From contig WELA01001462.1 of assembly GCA_009602735.1 (NCBI GenBank), positions 238,895-302,894 on the forward strand: a DNA stretch of 64,000 bases, written 5' to 3'. A program made the position numbers and the translations under genes. Numbering within the stretch: position 1 is the stretch's first letter; every line of letters starts with the position of its first letter. Of this stretch, positions 13,755 to 26,816 are shown one piece after another. The stretch is from Mesotaenium endlicherianum. Its lineage: Eukaryota. The notes beneath the pieces are model-generated. The model was given only the letters and a program-made list of their open reading frames with translations. It ran no database searches and was not told the DNA's origin.

Positions 13755-15787
13755 ATGGTTGCATCCCTTCATTTAGTGCTACATTCCACCTCCGGACTAT
13801 TCGTGGCCAATACTTTGCGCATACTTCCTTCTTCCGTTGGTGATCCACAGCCAAAGCAGATATTGAGTACCTCCCAACTTACCAAGTCCAGTACGGTTCC
13901 GCTCTCGGTCCGTTCATGGAAATTAAGCGCCGCCAACTGCAGGGCCAATTCGAGTCTTGGCAAAGAGAGGGGATCCAGATCACAGCCATCCAAAAAGTCG
14001 GCCTTCTATTCAAAACAAGGGGCCAGCACCATTGTTTCCACAGAAGTCAAGGCTGAGAAGTCACCGGCTAACGATCGGTGGCTGCTGAGGAGCGCCAAGG
14101 GAGTGGGCGCATGTCTCTGTGCCGTTGCCCTTGCACTGCAGTTGTGTGGGCCCATTGAAGCGAGGGAGGCAGTGCAGCCTAGTGAGAGCCAGGAGCAAGT
14201 GGCTGCTCAGAAGAAGGACCAAGAGGCCCTCACGATTACCTTCCCCGGCGCCGTTAACCACAAGGTACGTGGGGACGGGCTACTGTTGAAACTTAGTTTG
14301 TATCAAATTTAGCGACTTTTATTCTGAAAGAGGCAAGTGTGCTTGGGCAAGGTCTGAAACGGCCAGAAGAGGGAGGACAGTCAATTGGAGACGAGTGGTG
14401 CGGCGTAAGGTGGCCTCGTGTCAGATTGACATGAATGTGCTCTCTCACTGCATATAATTGCGTGGTGGTGGCGTGTCTTTGGTCTGTGAGCGGCCGTCCT
14501 ATTTCTGACAATGAGCGTCGGCAATTTGGAACGATCTCTGAGTGTGGGCAGACCGTAGTGCCAATCACAATCCAGCCTGCTTGTGTCGTGTATAATTCTG
14601 TCCCGGCTGTGGGCAGCTTTCTAGTCATTGATTCAGGTCCTGCCTGACGCGCGTGTCATAATCTTGTGGGTGTTCTCTTCCCACGAGATCTGCCTGCAGC
14701 GAGGCCTCAGAGCCAGAAGATGCAGAGGTGCTTCCTCCCTCCTGGCTCTTACGGCCCACTCTCTGCCGGTTGCTCTCTCTGCATGCTGGCTGAGCAGGTG
14801 CAGGATGCGCAGCGGACGCTCGTGGAGGCCTGGGGCATCGTCCGGGAGGCGTACGTGGACGGCACCTTCAACCATCAGAGTGAGTTGACCCCACTCAAGT
14901 CACGTCACCCCCCTCTCTTCTCCGGCCTCCCTTTTGTCCTGTGCCGCCTTTTTCTGCTTTTGGCGAAAGTCTTGAGTCAGAAAACGACGCAGGACAGAAT
15001 TTGTAGTTGCCTAGCACTTCCCTCTCTGCTGGCTGCTTTGTCCAGGTGTGCTTCTGTGAGTACCTGCTCTTGTCCTTCAAATGATAGGGCTGCAGTGGGG
15101 GAGGGCCTGGAGGTGGGGTGTGGGCACCGAGACTGCACTCCCCGGAGGAGTGGGTGGTGAAGCCTTCTGACACAAAAGGGCATGCGTTTGCTTGCGACTG
15201 CCTGCAGACTGGGACACGCAGGTGGAGCAGAATCTGGTGGCGACATACGACAGCCAGGGCGAGGACGCGGTGTACGAGCGCATCCGCTCCATGCTGGCCA
15301 CTCTGGGGGACCCCTTCACTCGCATCGTCTCTCCCAAAGTTAGCTCCGCCCCCCTTCTGATCCCCTCCCCCCCCNNNNNNNNNNNNNNNNNNNNNNNNNN
15401 NNNNNNNNNNNNNNNCCCCCCCCCCCCACTTTCCGCCCAGGGGGGGGGTGTAGTTCAGTTTAATAGTGTCCCCCACATCTGCCGATTGATTCTCCCATCT
15501 GCTGTTTGTCGAGTCCAGAATATATAGTAGAGCTGTACGATGTGTTATGACTCTTGTCACACAGTTGCTTGTGGTTCTCCGTAGGTGGTCTGGTGGCACA
15601 GGTGCCAAGTGAGTCTTTGTTATGCTCATATTCACCGGCAGTTGTGCTCTTTCATGTTCCGATGCAGGACTACGAGTCGTTCAAGATTGGCAATGATGGG
15701 GCGGTGGAGGGGGTGGGCCTCGTGGTCGGCCCTGACCCCAAAACGGGCCACCTGGTATGCGACCCTCTCCACTTCTTCGCTTCTTTA

Positions 15788-15830
<43 letters not shown>

Positions 15831-15831
15831 N

Positions 15832-15907
<76 letters not shown>

Positions 15908-17736
15908 CACGATCTCTTGGGGTACCGGCACCTGCTATTTGCTTCTGGCAACTCAGTCTCTCTCAGCCCTATTCTATCCACTGTAGAGGAATTTTGCCCT
16001 CAATTGGCTTGCACGCCGCGAAAACGCTGCAGATCCTCATCTCCACCTCTGACTGAGCAAGAGGGACGTTGCTTCGCATGCTGACAGGTGGTGATGTCCC
16101 CCATAGAAGGCAGCCCCGCAGAGAGAGCTGGCATTCTGGCCGGCGATGAGATTCTTCAGATTGATGGTACGCCCGACTGTGCCTCTCATAACGTGTCTTC
16201 CATCTCATCTCAGGCCATGCAACAGCTCGAGGGCGTAGCTCTCCAGCCATCCGTACCCGTGAATTGGCCTTCTGTGTGATGACACTTGCGACTCCTGCTG
16301 CATGCCCAAGTTGCAGGGAGTTGACTCCACTGAAACCATCTCCGATTTCACCACTCACGTGTTGCGGTGCAATATTCCAGCCAGTAGGTGGGCTCCGCGT
16401 CGTGAAAGGCCTTGGCCGGGAGGAGGCTCTTCTCGTCATATCAACTTTGAGTTTGCAAAGGTCACAGCCAGCGTGTGTGATCACTGCATGCGCGTGCCTC
16501 TGTGTGACCAAACTGCAGCAGTTGTCCCCGAGGCCCGACATGCCACAAGCATGTCTGTTTCAACTCCCACTCGTCTGCGTCTCCTGTGGCGTGTGTACCA
16601 CAGACTACAAGCTGAAGGGGGTGAGCGGAGACCAGGCCGCCAGCAGGCTGAGAGGCAGAGCCGGGACATCAGTGACTCTCACCATCCAGCGCTCCTCTGT
16701 GAGTCCCCACTCCCTTCTCCCGCCAGCCTCCGACTGCAGGCGACTCTGCTCGCCGCACTCGAGTCTGTGAGAGTGCATTGGAAGGAGCTTGCCATTGCTC
16801 ATTGTGGCGGGCTCCTCACCGCATGTGTGCTCTGCTGAGCTGTCCGAGGCTATGGGATTGGCCAATCAGGTTTGCGCTGCAAGGAGAACTGCTTCTGTTC
16901 CGTCAAATGTCACTCATGGCGTTGCTCTACTGCTCATGTAGCGTACCCCCCTCTTGTGTGAAGTATGGCAGGGGAAGGCACTCACCCAGGGCCATTTGAA
17001 CGCGAGCGGCGCTCCTGTGTGCAGGTGTCAGAAGAGGCCAACACCGCACCCCTCCAGGAGCAGGTGCTACTTCCTTCCTCGTCACTGCTGCTCTCAATCT
17101 CACTTCAAACGGGTTATGCTTGCCAACCTGGATGCTCTGACTAGCCCCTTTCCTCTCCAATTATCCTGCGAGATTCCATAAGATGCAAGTGTCTGGCGAA
17201 TGTGGGCCGGGAAAGTGTTGTGCCATAGGAGGTTCCGGATTTCTCATGGTTCTCGTCAGAGTCAAGAGTAATCCTAAGCTTGCTATCTGCTGCACCGCAG
17301 GTGGTGCTGCAAAGGGAGTCCATCAGCATATCCCCCGTTTTCTCCACGCTGCTGCCACATGCCACTGCCGACGGCCAGCCAGCTGTCGCAGGCTACATCC
17401 GGCTGGCCTCCTTCTCGCAGGTAAGCTCCGTCTCATCTTGCTACTGTTCCCTGCCCAGGGTGACCACGATGCATACGTGGCTGGTGTCTCTGGCTGCCAT
17501 GTGGCAACGTCTGGAAGTGGGAGTGAAGATGCAGTGACAGGTAGTCATGTGAGCAGGCTCTATGTCGTCAGCTTACGGGCTGGTGCATGGGGTGAGCAGA
17601 ACGCGGAGCACGACATGCAGAGGGCCATTCGACGGCTGGAGAGCGAGGGCGCCAGCAGCTTCATCCTGGACCTCCGCAACAACCCGGTACGGCTGAGGGC
17701 AGCACAGGCAGGGGGGCAGAGTGGCCCGTGCGTTGT

Positions 17737-17785
<49 letters not shown>

Positions 17786-17795
17786 NNNNNNNNNN

Positions 17796-17868
<73 letters not shown>

Positions 17869-18665
17869 CATGCATGCGTGCCGGTTGGGTGCACCGTTTC
17901 GTGGGCAGTCAGCTGACAGGTCAACGCGGCGCAATGGTGGCAGGGGGGGCTCGTGAGGGCAGGGCTGGACGTGGCGCAGATGTGGCTGGACGGCAGCAAG
18001 ACCCTGGTCAACACGCTGGACAGGGCCGGCAACATGCAGGCCATCCGCCTCTCCAGCAGCACTGCGCTGACGCATCATCCCCTCGCTGTCCTGGTATGCC
18101 ATCCTTCAGACCCTAATCTGCTGAGGCGGGCGAGCAGGGCGTGCTTTGCTGCAGTGTGGGTCTTGCTCACCAGCTGGCAGCTTCATGCGGCTGGCACACA
18201 CATGGCACTTGCTCTCTGGAGCGTGGGGGTGCACCTTTCTTTAACTTGAGTTGAGGGGTCTGCGTGCACCCAGAGTTCTAGGGGGGGGGCTAACAGGGGC
18301 TCAAGAGGCTCTCAGCAGCTGGCTTAAGAGAAAGACCTGCAATGGTGGCGCAGGTGAATGGCGGGAGCGCAAGTGCGAGTGAGATTCTGGCGGGAGCTCT
18401 GCACGACCACGGCAGGGCTCAGCTCATCGGCGACCGCACCTATGGGAAGGGCAGGATCCAGGTAGGACACACGCGTGCACTACACCTTCTTGCGTGGCAC
18501 AAACACCATCAAGCGTTGCTCCTGTCATGTGCCTGCTGCCTACCTGCCCTCCTCGCCCATGCTTTCCGAGAGGCACTTGCCAGCTACTCCATCTCTAAAA
18601 CTTTTCTTTACTCTTCATAAGTGTGGACGTGGTTGAGTACTGGTGTGTATGTACATGTGGTCAAG

Positions 18666-18712
<47 letters not shown>

Positions 18713-19139
18713 CCCTGTTGAAGGCACATAGTCATGAACACATTATCTGAGAACATCATGCTTGGCGGTGCACCGTGAGCGAAGGCCCTGCTTGACACGC
18801 GCAGTGAGAGATGTTGATTCCCGTGCATGGGGGGCGGATGGTGCGCAGAGCGTGTATGAGATGGAGGACGGGTCTGCACTCTTTGTGACGGTGGCCAAGT
18901 ACCTCTCCCCCGCACTCCACGAGATTGACCACGTGGGGATCGCGCCAGACGTGCGCTGCCTGCTCATGCCAGCTGGCGAGCAGCCGCTGGCCACGGCCGT
19001 GGAGCCGTCCGACCTAACGCTTCCCCGGGCGGGCGCAAGGCAGCTTCATAATCAGGCCATCGATCACCAGGTGGCGGCTGAGCTCCAAAAGGACGCATGT
19101 GTCCTCACGGCAGAGCGCCAGCTGGACCGCAGCCTGTGA
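13755..19139 (+). CDS. CTPA3: Plastid C-terminal processing protease (peptidase S41, CtpA3-like), multi-exon
   Basis: Ser-rich transit peptide and hydrophobic segment in exon 1; TLVEAWGIVREAYVDGTFNHQ; MLATLGDPFTRIVSPK; PDZ motif GSPAERAGI; LDLRNNP|GGLV; catalytic VNGGSASASEILAGALHD..TYGKGRIQ; stop at 19137-19139. Confidence 0.92.
15791..15903. repeat. (TC)n intronic microsatellite
   Basis: Seen directly; contains one N. Confidence 0.95.
17740..17868. repeat. (TC)n(TG)n intronic microsatellite with gap
   Basis: Seen directly. Confidence 0.95.
18669..18709. repeat. (AT)n intronic microsatellite
   Basis: Seen directly. Confidence 0.95.
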
Positions 19140-21358
19140 GGCGGTCCCAGGCGGTGCTTGGCTCTCGGCGCATGTCGAATTTGCGTCCGAATCGGTGCCT
19201 GCAAGCGACTTAATTGTGCGTGTGTGTGTGCCCACGCCAGGTGGCAGCCACCGATCCCCAGCGCTGCGCTGGGAGGAGGGCAGATGTGTACATATGGCAG
19301 AAGCTGCACGGTTGTGCTGGGAATTATCTCTACCGGCATGGTTTGCTGCATGCTTTTGCCGCAACTCTTTGGGTAGGAAGGAGTAGGTACTTTGGGTATG
19401 CAGGTGGCAATGGGCAGGCATGTCACCAACGCCCGTCACACCCATGCACATACTGAGAGCATGGGATGAGAGGTTTGGATATTGTAGGTAGCGCGCCATG
19501 TTAGCGCCACACTTTAGGACATGGTCACGATTCGCCGCATCATTCGGTCAGGCGTGGGGTTGTTTTGCATGGGCACTGGATTGCGTTCCAGTTCAAGGGG
19601 GAGTGTTGTTCAGAACATGCACTTACTGCCAGAGTGGTGCTTGTACAGGTGGGGCTTTGATTGGGGTAGTGCTGTTTGTAGATGTATCGAAGCGCTTATT
19701 CTTTGAGTAAATAAACCAGGCTCGGTGTGTGAGTGCACGGTGTAAAGCTTGGCCGTGCACGGACTGCCAGAAAGCCTCTAGGGTTAGGCAGTGTTTGATA
19801 CATATGGCTATGTGAGTGGATCTCATACTAGATTCTCGTAAGGAAGGCCACATTGGTCGGTTAGCTATTGGTTAGTGCGATGATACTACGATTCTGGGGT
19901 TTTATTCATGACTGTTATTTTCAGCTGCAATTACTTGGGCCCCCGAGTTTCTGCCATTCAGGCATGATGGCAGTCGAGACATGCATGCATGTCTAGCTGG
20001 TTTGAAAGTTGCAATGGCTGCTGTTTAGCAACTCGAATTGCTTATCTTGATCCATCTCCTTCAGCATATATCACATCTTGCACCTATGTATGGCATTTTG
20101 GAAGTACGACCAACAGCTCAAAGAAATGGGAAGAGAGTGCACCGACAACACCGGAACAAAATGAGCAACTCACCGACTATGAAGGCCATACAGTGCTGGT
20201 ACTTGTCAACGGAGGCTGGTAGTATTGACACTTGGACATAAGCTGCTCAGTCCTCCAGCGAAATCACACCTGATACCTTAATATCACGATTAGTTTTACC
20301 ATGTACTAAGAGGGACGCGACTGGAACTACGAGAGAAGACTGCCTTGAGCTGGAGAGTGTCAAAAGATCAGGGTTGAGGGACGGGCTGAACAATTGCTGG
20401 CTAGTACCGACATGGACAGCCAGATGGCAGCAAATGTGACATCCTCTCCGAATCTTTGATGGAGACTAATAGCCGCTTGCAGATGCTTGCAGAGGTGAAT
20501 CTGTAAATGGATTGAAGGTGACGGGCATATGATGGGACCAGCTGGCTGAGCCTGCATGAGAGTTTATATAGCGCATCAGAGCCAAAGCAGATTTAGTCTG
20601 CGTGAGGACTGACGTTGACATACATGGGTAAAAAGGGCAAAATTGGGCAAAGTGAGGCAGGAGTGGGCTCAAGTCGGTGGTATCTCGCGAAAATAAGATG
20701 TAAATGGAACTAGTCAACTTTTTCGTGTCTTCTTGAAATAAATCTGAAACGATCGACATTTAACGTGTTCACTAGCATTAGATCCAATTAGATCGACTGA
20801 AATCGTTAGCGACAATTTGACTAGTTCTTCAAGTGGACGCAATTGCACCGGAGTGTGCCGGAGTCGGCTTAGTGCGCCAGAGTGGCCGTTCGAGCCTTTG
20901 ACTCCCTTTCTTAGCTTTTGACCATATTGTACTAGCAGATTCAAACTCAGCGAGCCAGCAGCGAGCCAGTAAACCTCACCTGTTCAAATGTCTGCACGCT
21001 TCTTCTGAATCTACGGCTTTTTTTTGAATATTAAAGCTGTGATTGAATCGGGAACCTTAGGCCTGACGTTGCGAACGGTCTCCCAATGCCGTCGAAGGCG
21101 TGCAAACATTTGACATCCCTTCATTACGGATAAAGACTCTGCAGCTCTTCATCCACCTCGTCTTTCTGAGTAGGAGCAGACAAACTTGTAGCTAAAATAG
21201 TAACATTCCTCGTATCAGCGAACGTTTCTACTGTTGGTAACATAGCACAGAAGATTGGATCTGTGCTGTTGGGAAAAGCATTTCGGTAGGATCTTGGACA
21301 AGTTGGTCCTTTGTAGTCTTAAGCTCCTCTTTGCCACATTTTAGCTCATACTGCAGCC

Positions 21359-24300
21359 ATGGAACAGTTCTTTTATGCTTTGTTTGGCATCCTAGTGATA
21401 GTCTGTGTTGCTCTTGAAGTGACTAAGGGTGCCAAGGACAAGCTAACTACAACTCCAATCTTCAATGCTTTCAAGAACAACTACCTTGTTGTTTACTCGC
21501 TCATGATGGGTGCGTTTCTTGATCCCTCAATCTCTTTGCAAACAACAGCATGACATCATGAACGTGCAGCATGTTGCCGTACGTTAGTATGCGAAAGATA
21601 CTTACATGTCCAATGGCGTCAAGAGCATATCAAAGGATTCTGCCATCTGTTTGAAAACTTGTCCCACTCTGAGCTTCAAAGGTTTGGCTACTTTTCGATC
21701 CTCTGCGGTCGATTGTGTGTAGCTGAGATACATATTATGATGGATGGCCGATGGTGGCTTGCCTAGGCTCTGAGCTTGCTAATTTTCACCTATGGACATT
21801 GGGAGCCTGATCCTTGTCATACGTATGCACAATGCAGCTGGAGATTGGTTGCAAGGACCTTATGTGTATGCGTTGTATCAGCATTATGGCTATGAAAGAG
21901 GTGACATTGGCCGCCTTTTCATTGCTGGATTTGGTTCTTCTATGGTTTTTGGTACCATAGTAGGGTCTCTCGCGGACAAATAGTAAGTATGCTCCCCTCC
22001 AGTATTATGTACAGCTCCAAGCTACTAGGCTGTCTTCTTCTGGTGCACAAAAATGTAAGTTGAGGTCCTTTGTATGAAGACAGTGTTTCTCAAAGCGCAG
22101 CCCTATGTTTCAGGAGTCAAGAGATTGCTTCAGAAAGAGGAGGTTCGCTTTTGCATCAGACCATGGGTTTGCCCACAATCCACCATGTCAAAAGTAGGGG
22201 GTCTAAGCACACGGTACACGAGTTTGATCAAGCAAGGCAGACCTCACTATATTTGGTTCATAAGCATGGCAGCAGGTGATGGCATAAATATACATTGAGG
22301 TTCAGCCACATGAGAAAAACTATGAGCTGATGCTACCATGCTACACCTTAGTCCTAACCGCTTTTGTGAAAATCCTTGTGGTTTTTAATCTACGTTCTCT
22401 GCATCTAACTGATACATGGGTATTGAGGATCAAGCGTTTCCCTTAATGAGGTCTTTGTGTGTTATATAAGTGTAGCACTTGTGTGATATATATCTTAGGC
22501 TTCATTCAATCAGTGTAGATCTGCCTTGTGAAAGAGGGATCTATCAGATGAACTTCTTGCAAATAGTTCCTAGTTGCTGCATATAGGGTTTCGCCTGCTT
22601 CAATTGAGTTCATTGGCCTAGTCTCGTGCACAAGTACCATATATCATATGCACAGCACTCTAAAGTTGTTGTGGTCTTGAACAGCGTAAATTTGCTATGA
22701 AGTTTCTTTAATATGCTTTTGATAATTTAAGGTCAGGGCAATTCCAGGCTTGTGGAATGTTTGATACTTCTGATGGTTTGGGACTTTAACCATTTGACGG
22801 TGTTTGTGTGGATTGCAGTGGAAGGAGAAATGCCAGTATAACATACTGTATCACGTATATCCTCAGCTGCTTCACGAAGCACTCTCCACTCTATGGAGTT
22901 CTTATGCTGGGACGAATCTTGGGTGGAGTCTCAACATCCCTTCTCTTTTCAGCGTTTGAGTCATGGCTGGTTGCTGAGCACTTCAAGGTGAACAACTCTG
23001 GTTTGTCCATATTAGCAAGTGTGTAAGTGTTGCGGTAATCGACATCATGAGGAGCATTGTTGTAACTTCGCTGTTGTACATCGTGCTAAGAATGCAGATA
23101 AGCCGTGTATTGATGCTGGCAGATAGTGTTGTGGTCTCTAAATGTAGAGCTTTGCATTGACGCTGTATGGTACAATGTAACCACTTGGCACTTGAGGGGC
23201 CTACGTAGGTGTTCTCTGTGGCTGGTGCTTGTGTTGCTGTAAGTTTTTTTGTTGAGGGCAGTTAGTGTGAGGGGATGCCTTGGCAGTGTGGCTGTTGAGT
23301 CACGTGCATACTTGTTGCGGGAGTTGTGTAGCTGCAAAGATCGGACTAATTACCCAGAGATGAAAGTTTTGAAGGTCAGGAAGTGGTTACAGTGTAACCA
23401 CCCTGCCAAATGGCACGAGAAGCCTTCCCAGCTTGGAAGCAAAATCATGGGGGCAAGAGGGGTTTATTGATGTGAACCATTTTTTCTATTCATGGATGCA
23501 GAGAGGTTTCGAGGCCCAATGGCTGTCGATGACATTCTCTAAGGCCATCTTCCTGGGGAATGGACTCATAGCAATCATGGCTGGCCTGATTGCCAACACG
23601 CTAGTCACTAGTCTTTCTTTGGGACCCGTTGCACCTTTCGATGCTGCTGCAGTCTTGCTGGCCGTTGGATTGGGTATTATAATGTACACGTGGTCGGAGA
23701 ATTATGGAGATCCATCCGAAAATAAGTCCCTCTGGCAGCAGTTCCAGCAAGCTGGCTCTGCCATCGCTTCAGGTATGCAGTGTCCTGCTGGACCGTTGAC
23801 TCGTTTGCAATGGGAACTTGGATTGCAGCCAGCCTTTGAAAGACTCATTCTTTGTGCTGCTGTCTGCTGTGCACACCAATCTCTGCCTGGCTTCCACCTA
23901 ACATTGCTTTTCCATCTCAGCTCTGTGTGCTGAGTTAGTATTGTACTAGAATAGAGTGTTCAATATATCAGTCAGTCATTATTAAGAAGATCCACTCCCT
24001 CAAGAAAAGTCTGCCGGATCAAGGGCCTTTGGGAACGTTGCTGTTGCTGATACTACTTTCCGCTCCTCTTTTCAGTTGTGTAGAAGGAGCTACACTGTAC
24101 ACGAAGAAGTCGGAAATTCAAGTCGTGAGTTTCGTGTGCGATTTTTAAGATGTGGCGATACTTGTGTTGCTGTTGACTATGTGCTGAGCAGATGAGAAGA
24201 TTGCCCTCCTGGGAGCCATCCAGTCTCTTTTTGAGGGCTCCATGTACACTTTTGTGTTCCTCTGGACTCCGGCTCTGAGCCCCAGCAACCAGGATATCCC

Positions 24301-25416
24301 CCATGGTTTCATCTTTGCCACTTTCATGCTGGCATCCATGATCGGATCCTCCATAGCCTCCAGATTGATGGCGCGCGTCACCCTACGAGTGGAGCTGTAC
24401 ATGCAACTTGTGTTTGTTGTCTCTGCATTCGCTCTCCTCTTCCCTGTATACAACGCCGTAAGTTCACTTACAACCTGCTCTGCTGATGGGCAATGCCTCA
24501 GTTGTGTCCAAGGCTAAGCTCCAGCGTATAGGGCATGTCGTATGGTGCTCTGCAATCATATCTTTTTCAGTTTCCGGATGTTGAGTGGGAGTCGCGCCTC
24601 TTCCGCTCCCTAATTTATAGCAAGGGTACATTGTATGCCTTTTTAGGTGGAACAGTTGGGGTCCCTGTGATTGTGAACTTGCTCGCTTGTAGTCCTTACG
24701 CAGGCTTCCATGTGGTTGCTGCGCAGTACTTTTACGAAATTGACGTCCCGGAGGGTGGTGGCATCACCGCGGGTGGCCAGCTCCAGCTCTTTGGTTTCTG
24801 CATCTTTGAGGCCTGCGTTGGCATCTTCTGGCCATCAATCATGAAGATGAGGTCGCAGTACATTCCGGAGGAGGCGCGAAGCACCATCATGAATTTCTTC
24901 CGCATTCCTCTGAACATCTTCGTGTGCGTCGTCCTTTATAACGTGAGTGTCATTCAAGCTGGCCCACACAAACCCTTAACCGCATCAGCCCAGTTATGCC
25001 AGATCTAATTTTTTGTCTGAAGATGGACTTAAGTGCTCGTTGGCGGTTCTTACTCCTGTCAGTATGGTATTTCTTGCAGCCATGCCCTTCCTGCCCGATA
25101 CATATTTGGCTCATTCTGTGGCATCGTTGGTATGGTTCTGCTATATGTCTATCTGACCCTTCACCATGCATGACATTAGAATAAGAGTACGCGGCCTTGA
25201 ACGAGGATAATGGAGATGGGCAATAAACGCTTGACACTAATACTGTGTTGTCATCTAAAAGTTTGTTACTTCCTTGGCTGCCTGATCCTGTTGCATTGAG
25301 CAGGTGAGCGCGTTTCCTATCACAGCAATGTTTGGAATGTGCTCCATCTTCCTTATGATGGCGGCCGTTCTTCAGAGGCGTCTCATGTTTGTGTCTGAGA
25401 AGGCCCGCATCAGCAG
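21359..25416 (+). CDS. MFS molybdate-anion transporter (MFSD5/MOT2, DUF791 family); terminal exon(s) after 25416 unresolved
   Basis: Exons encode FKNNYLVVYSLMM|AGDWLQGPYVYALYQHYG, LGGVSTSLLFSAFESWLVAEH, GPVAPFDAA, QSLFEGSMYTFVFLWTP, IPHGFIFATFM, YIPEEARSTIMNFFRIPLN. Confidence 0.92.
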
Positions 25417-26816
25417 TAAGAATATCTCACAACCTACCCCCCGTGGTTTCAATCTATCTGCCGCTTTCTTCATCTATCATAATGGAAGGAGACTTGAGTG
25501 GCTGCTTAAGAATGTGTCAGGATGGCGCATGCATGCACATGAAGCATGCTGCAGCTGACTACTGTTTGCTGCGGGGTTTAGTGATGCATGTCCTTATGAT
25601 GCCGCTACTACACTCGGTATCTGTTGATGCTGCGATTGTCTGCTCTGTTATGCATAATGTGCATGTTTATTTATGTATACCTTTAAATGGTCATCAATCA
25701 GGCTTGTGATGGCTGTCTTTTGGTTTGTAGAGCCCTTCCCTTGCGACTGCTTGTCGGCAGCTCCTTCAGCTCTTGCGGCTGTCTGTGGTGTGTATTACTA
25801 ATGGCTTGATCCACGTGCATATCCAGGACCTGACACTTATGAGGCCGAGACTGAGCCTCTGACTGCGTGACTCCACTCTGGGGCCACCACCCCATCCCCG
25901 TGACGACATGCATTTGAGCAGACGCACATGCAGTCCATTCCAGGCTCACGACTGAATGAAGATGGGAAGAGCTGCAAGCACGTGGAGGCACTCAGAACAG
26001 GCCTCCTTGTGGTCGTGCGGGGAGGGGGAGAACACGACTGGGATTGCTTAGGTGTTTCCACTGTAGACTCTCATTTAATATGGTCAAAGGCTGGGGCAGG
26101 TAATTCTGTCGTATGAAGTGGTTTAGGAATCTGTGGTTTCAGTTAAACCAAGGCATGGTCACGATGAAGAACCCTGTCTTTATTTATGTATCATACTTTA
26201 TTTGAAGGTGTTCATACTAGCTTTTGATGTCCGTTCCAGTAGCCAAAGCAGGTTCAGAAATAGGTGCTGATATTTGTGCTATGATTTTTTCATTGCTATA
26301 TGCATGCAACCTTGCAATGCAGCAGCCTTCAGAGCCTGGGACAACTTGTGTCCACGAGTCCAACTTGTAATATCACTTCAACTGCACAAATTTGAAGATT
26401 TCACTATTTATCACACTGCTTCTTTTAGGTCGTCCTTTAGGATATAGTGCCGAGTCTGTCTACATGATATGTGCTTACACCTGCAATACTGTCTTTGCAC
26501 TTTCCTCTGAGACTGCGACTGGGTCTTCTCATGCAGTGCAGTCGAAACCGGTTCTTTGGATGCAAGCACAAGCACCAGCGAGATTGTTGCACAGGAGGGT
26601 GGACCTTCCATCCCAGGCTTGTCCGTCACCCGACTTGGATTGGCACTTGATCTATCCTTATCTTTTATGTATGTTCTTTTGGGGGTAATGTAGATGCCTA
26701 ACATCTCAATTGTATCCTAGCCTAGAGCCCTGAAGGTTTCTAAGCTGAATGAGAACCTAAAGCAGGACAAGCTGTAGATTTCATCAGCACCATTTAGTGT
26801 ATTTGGCAAGCTCCAG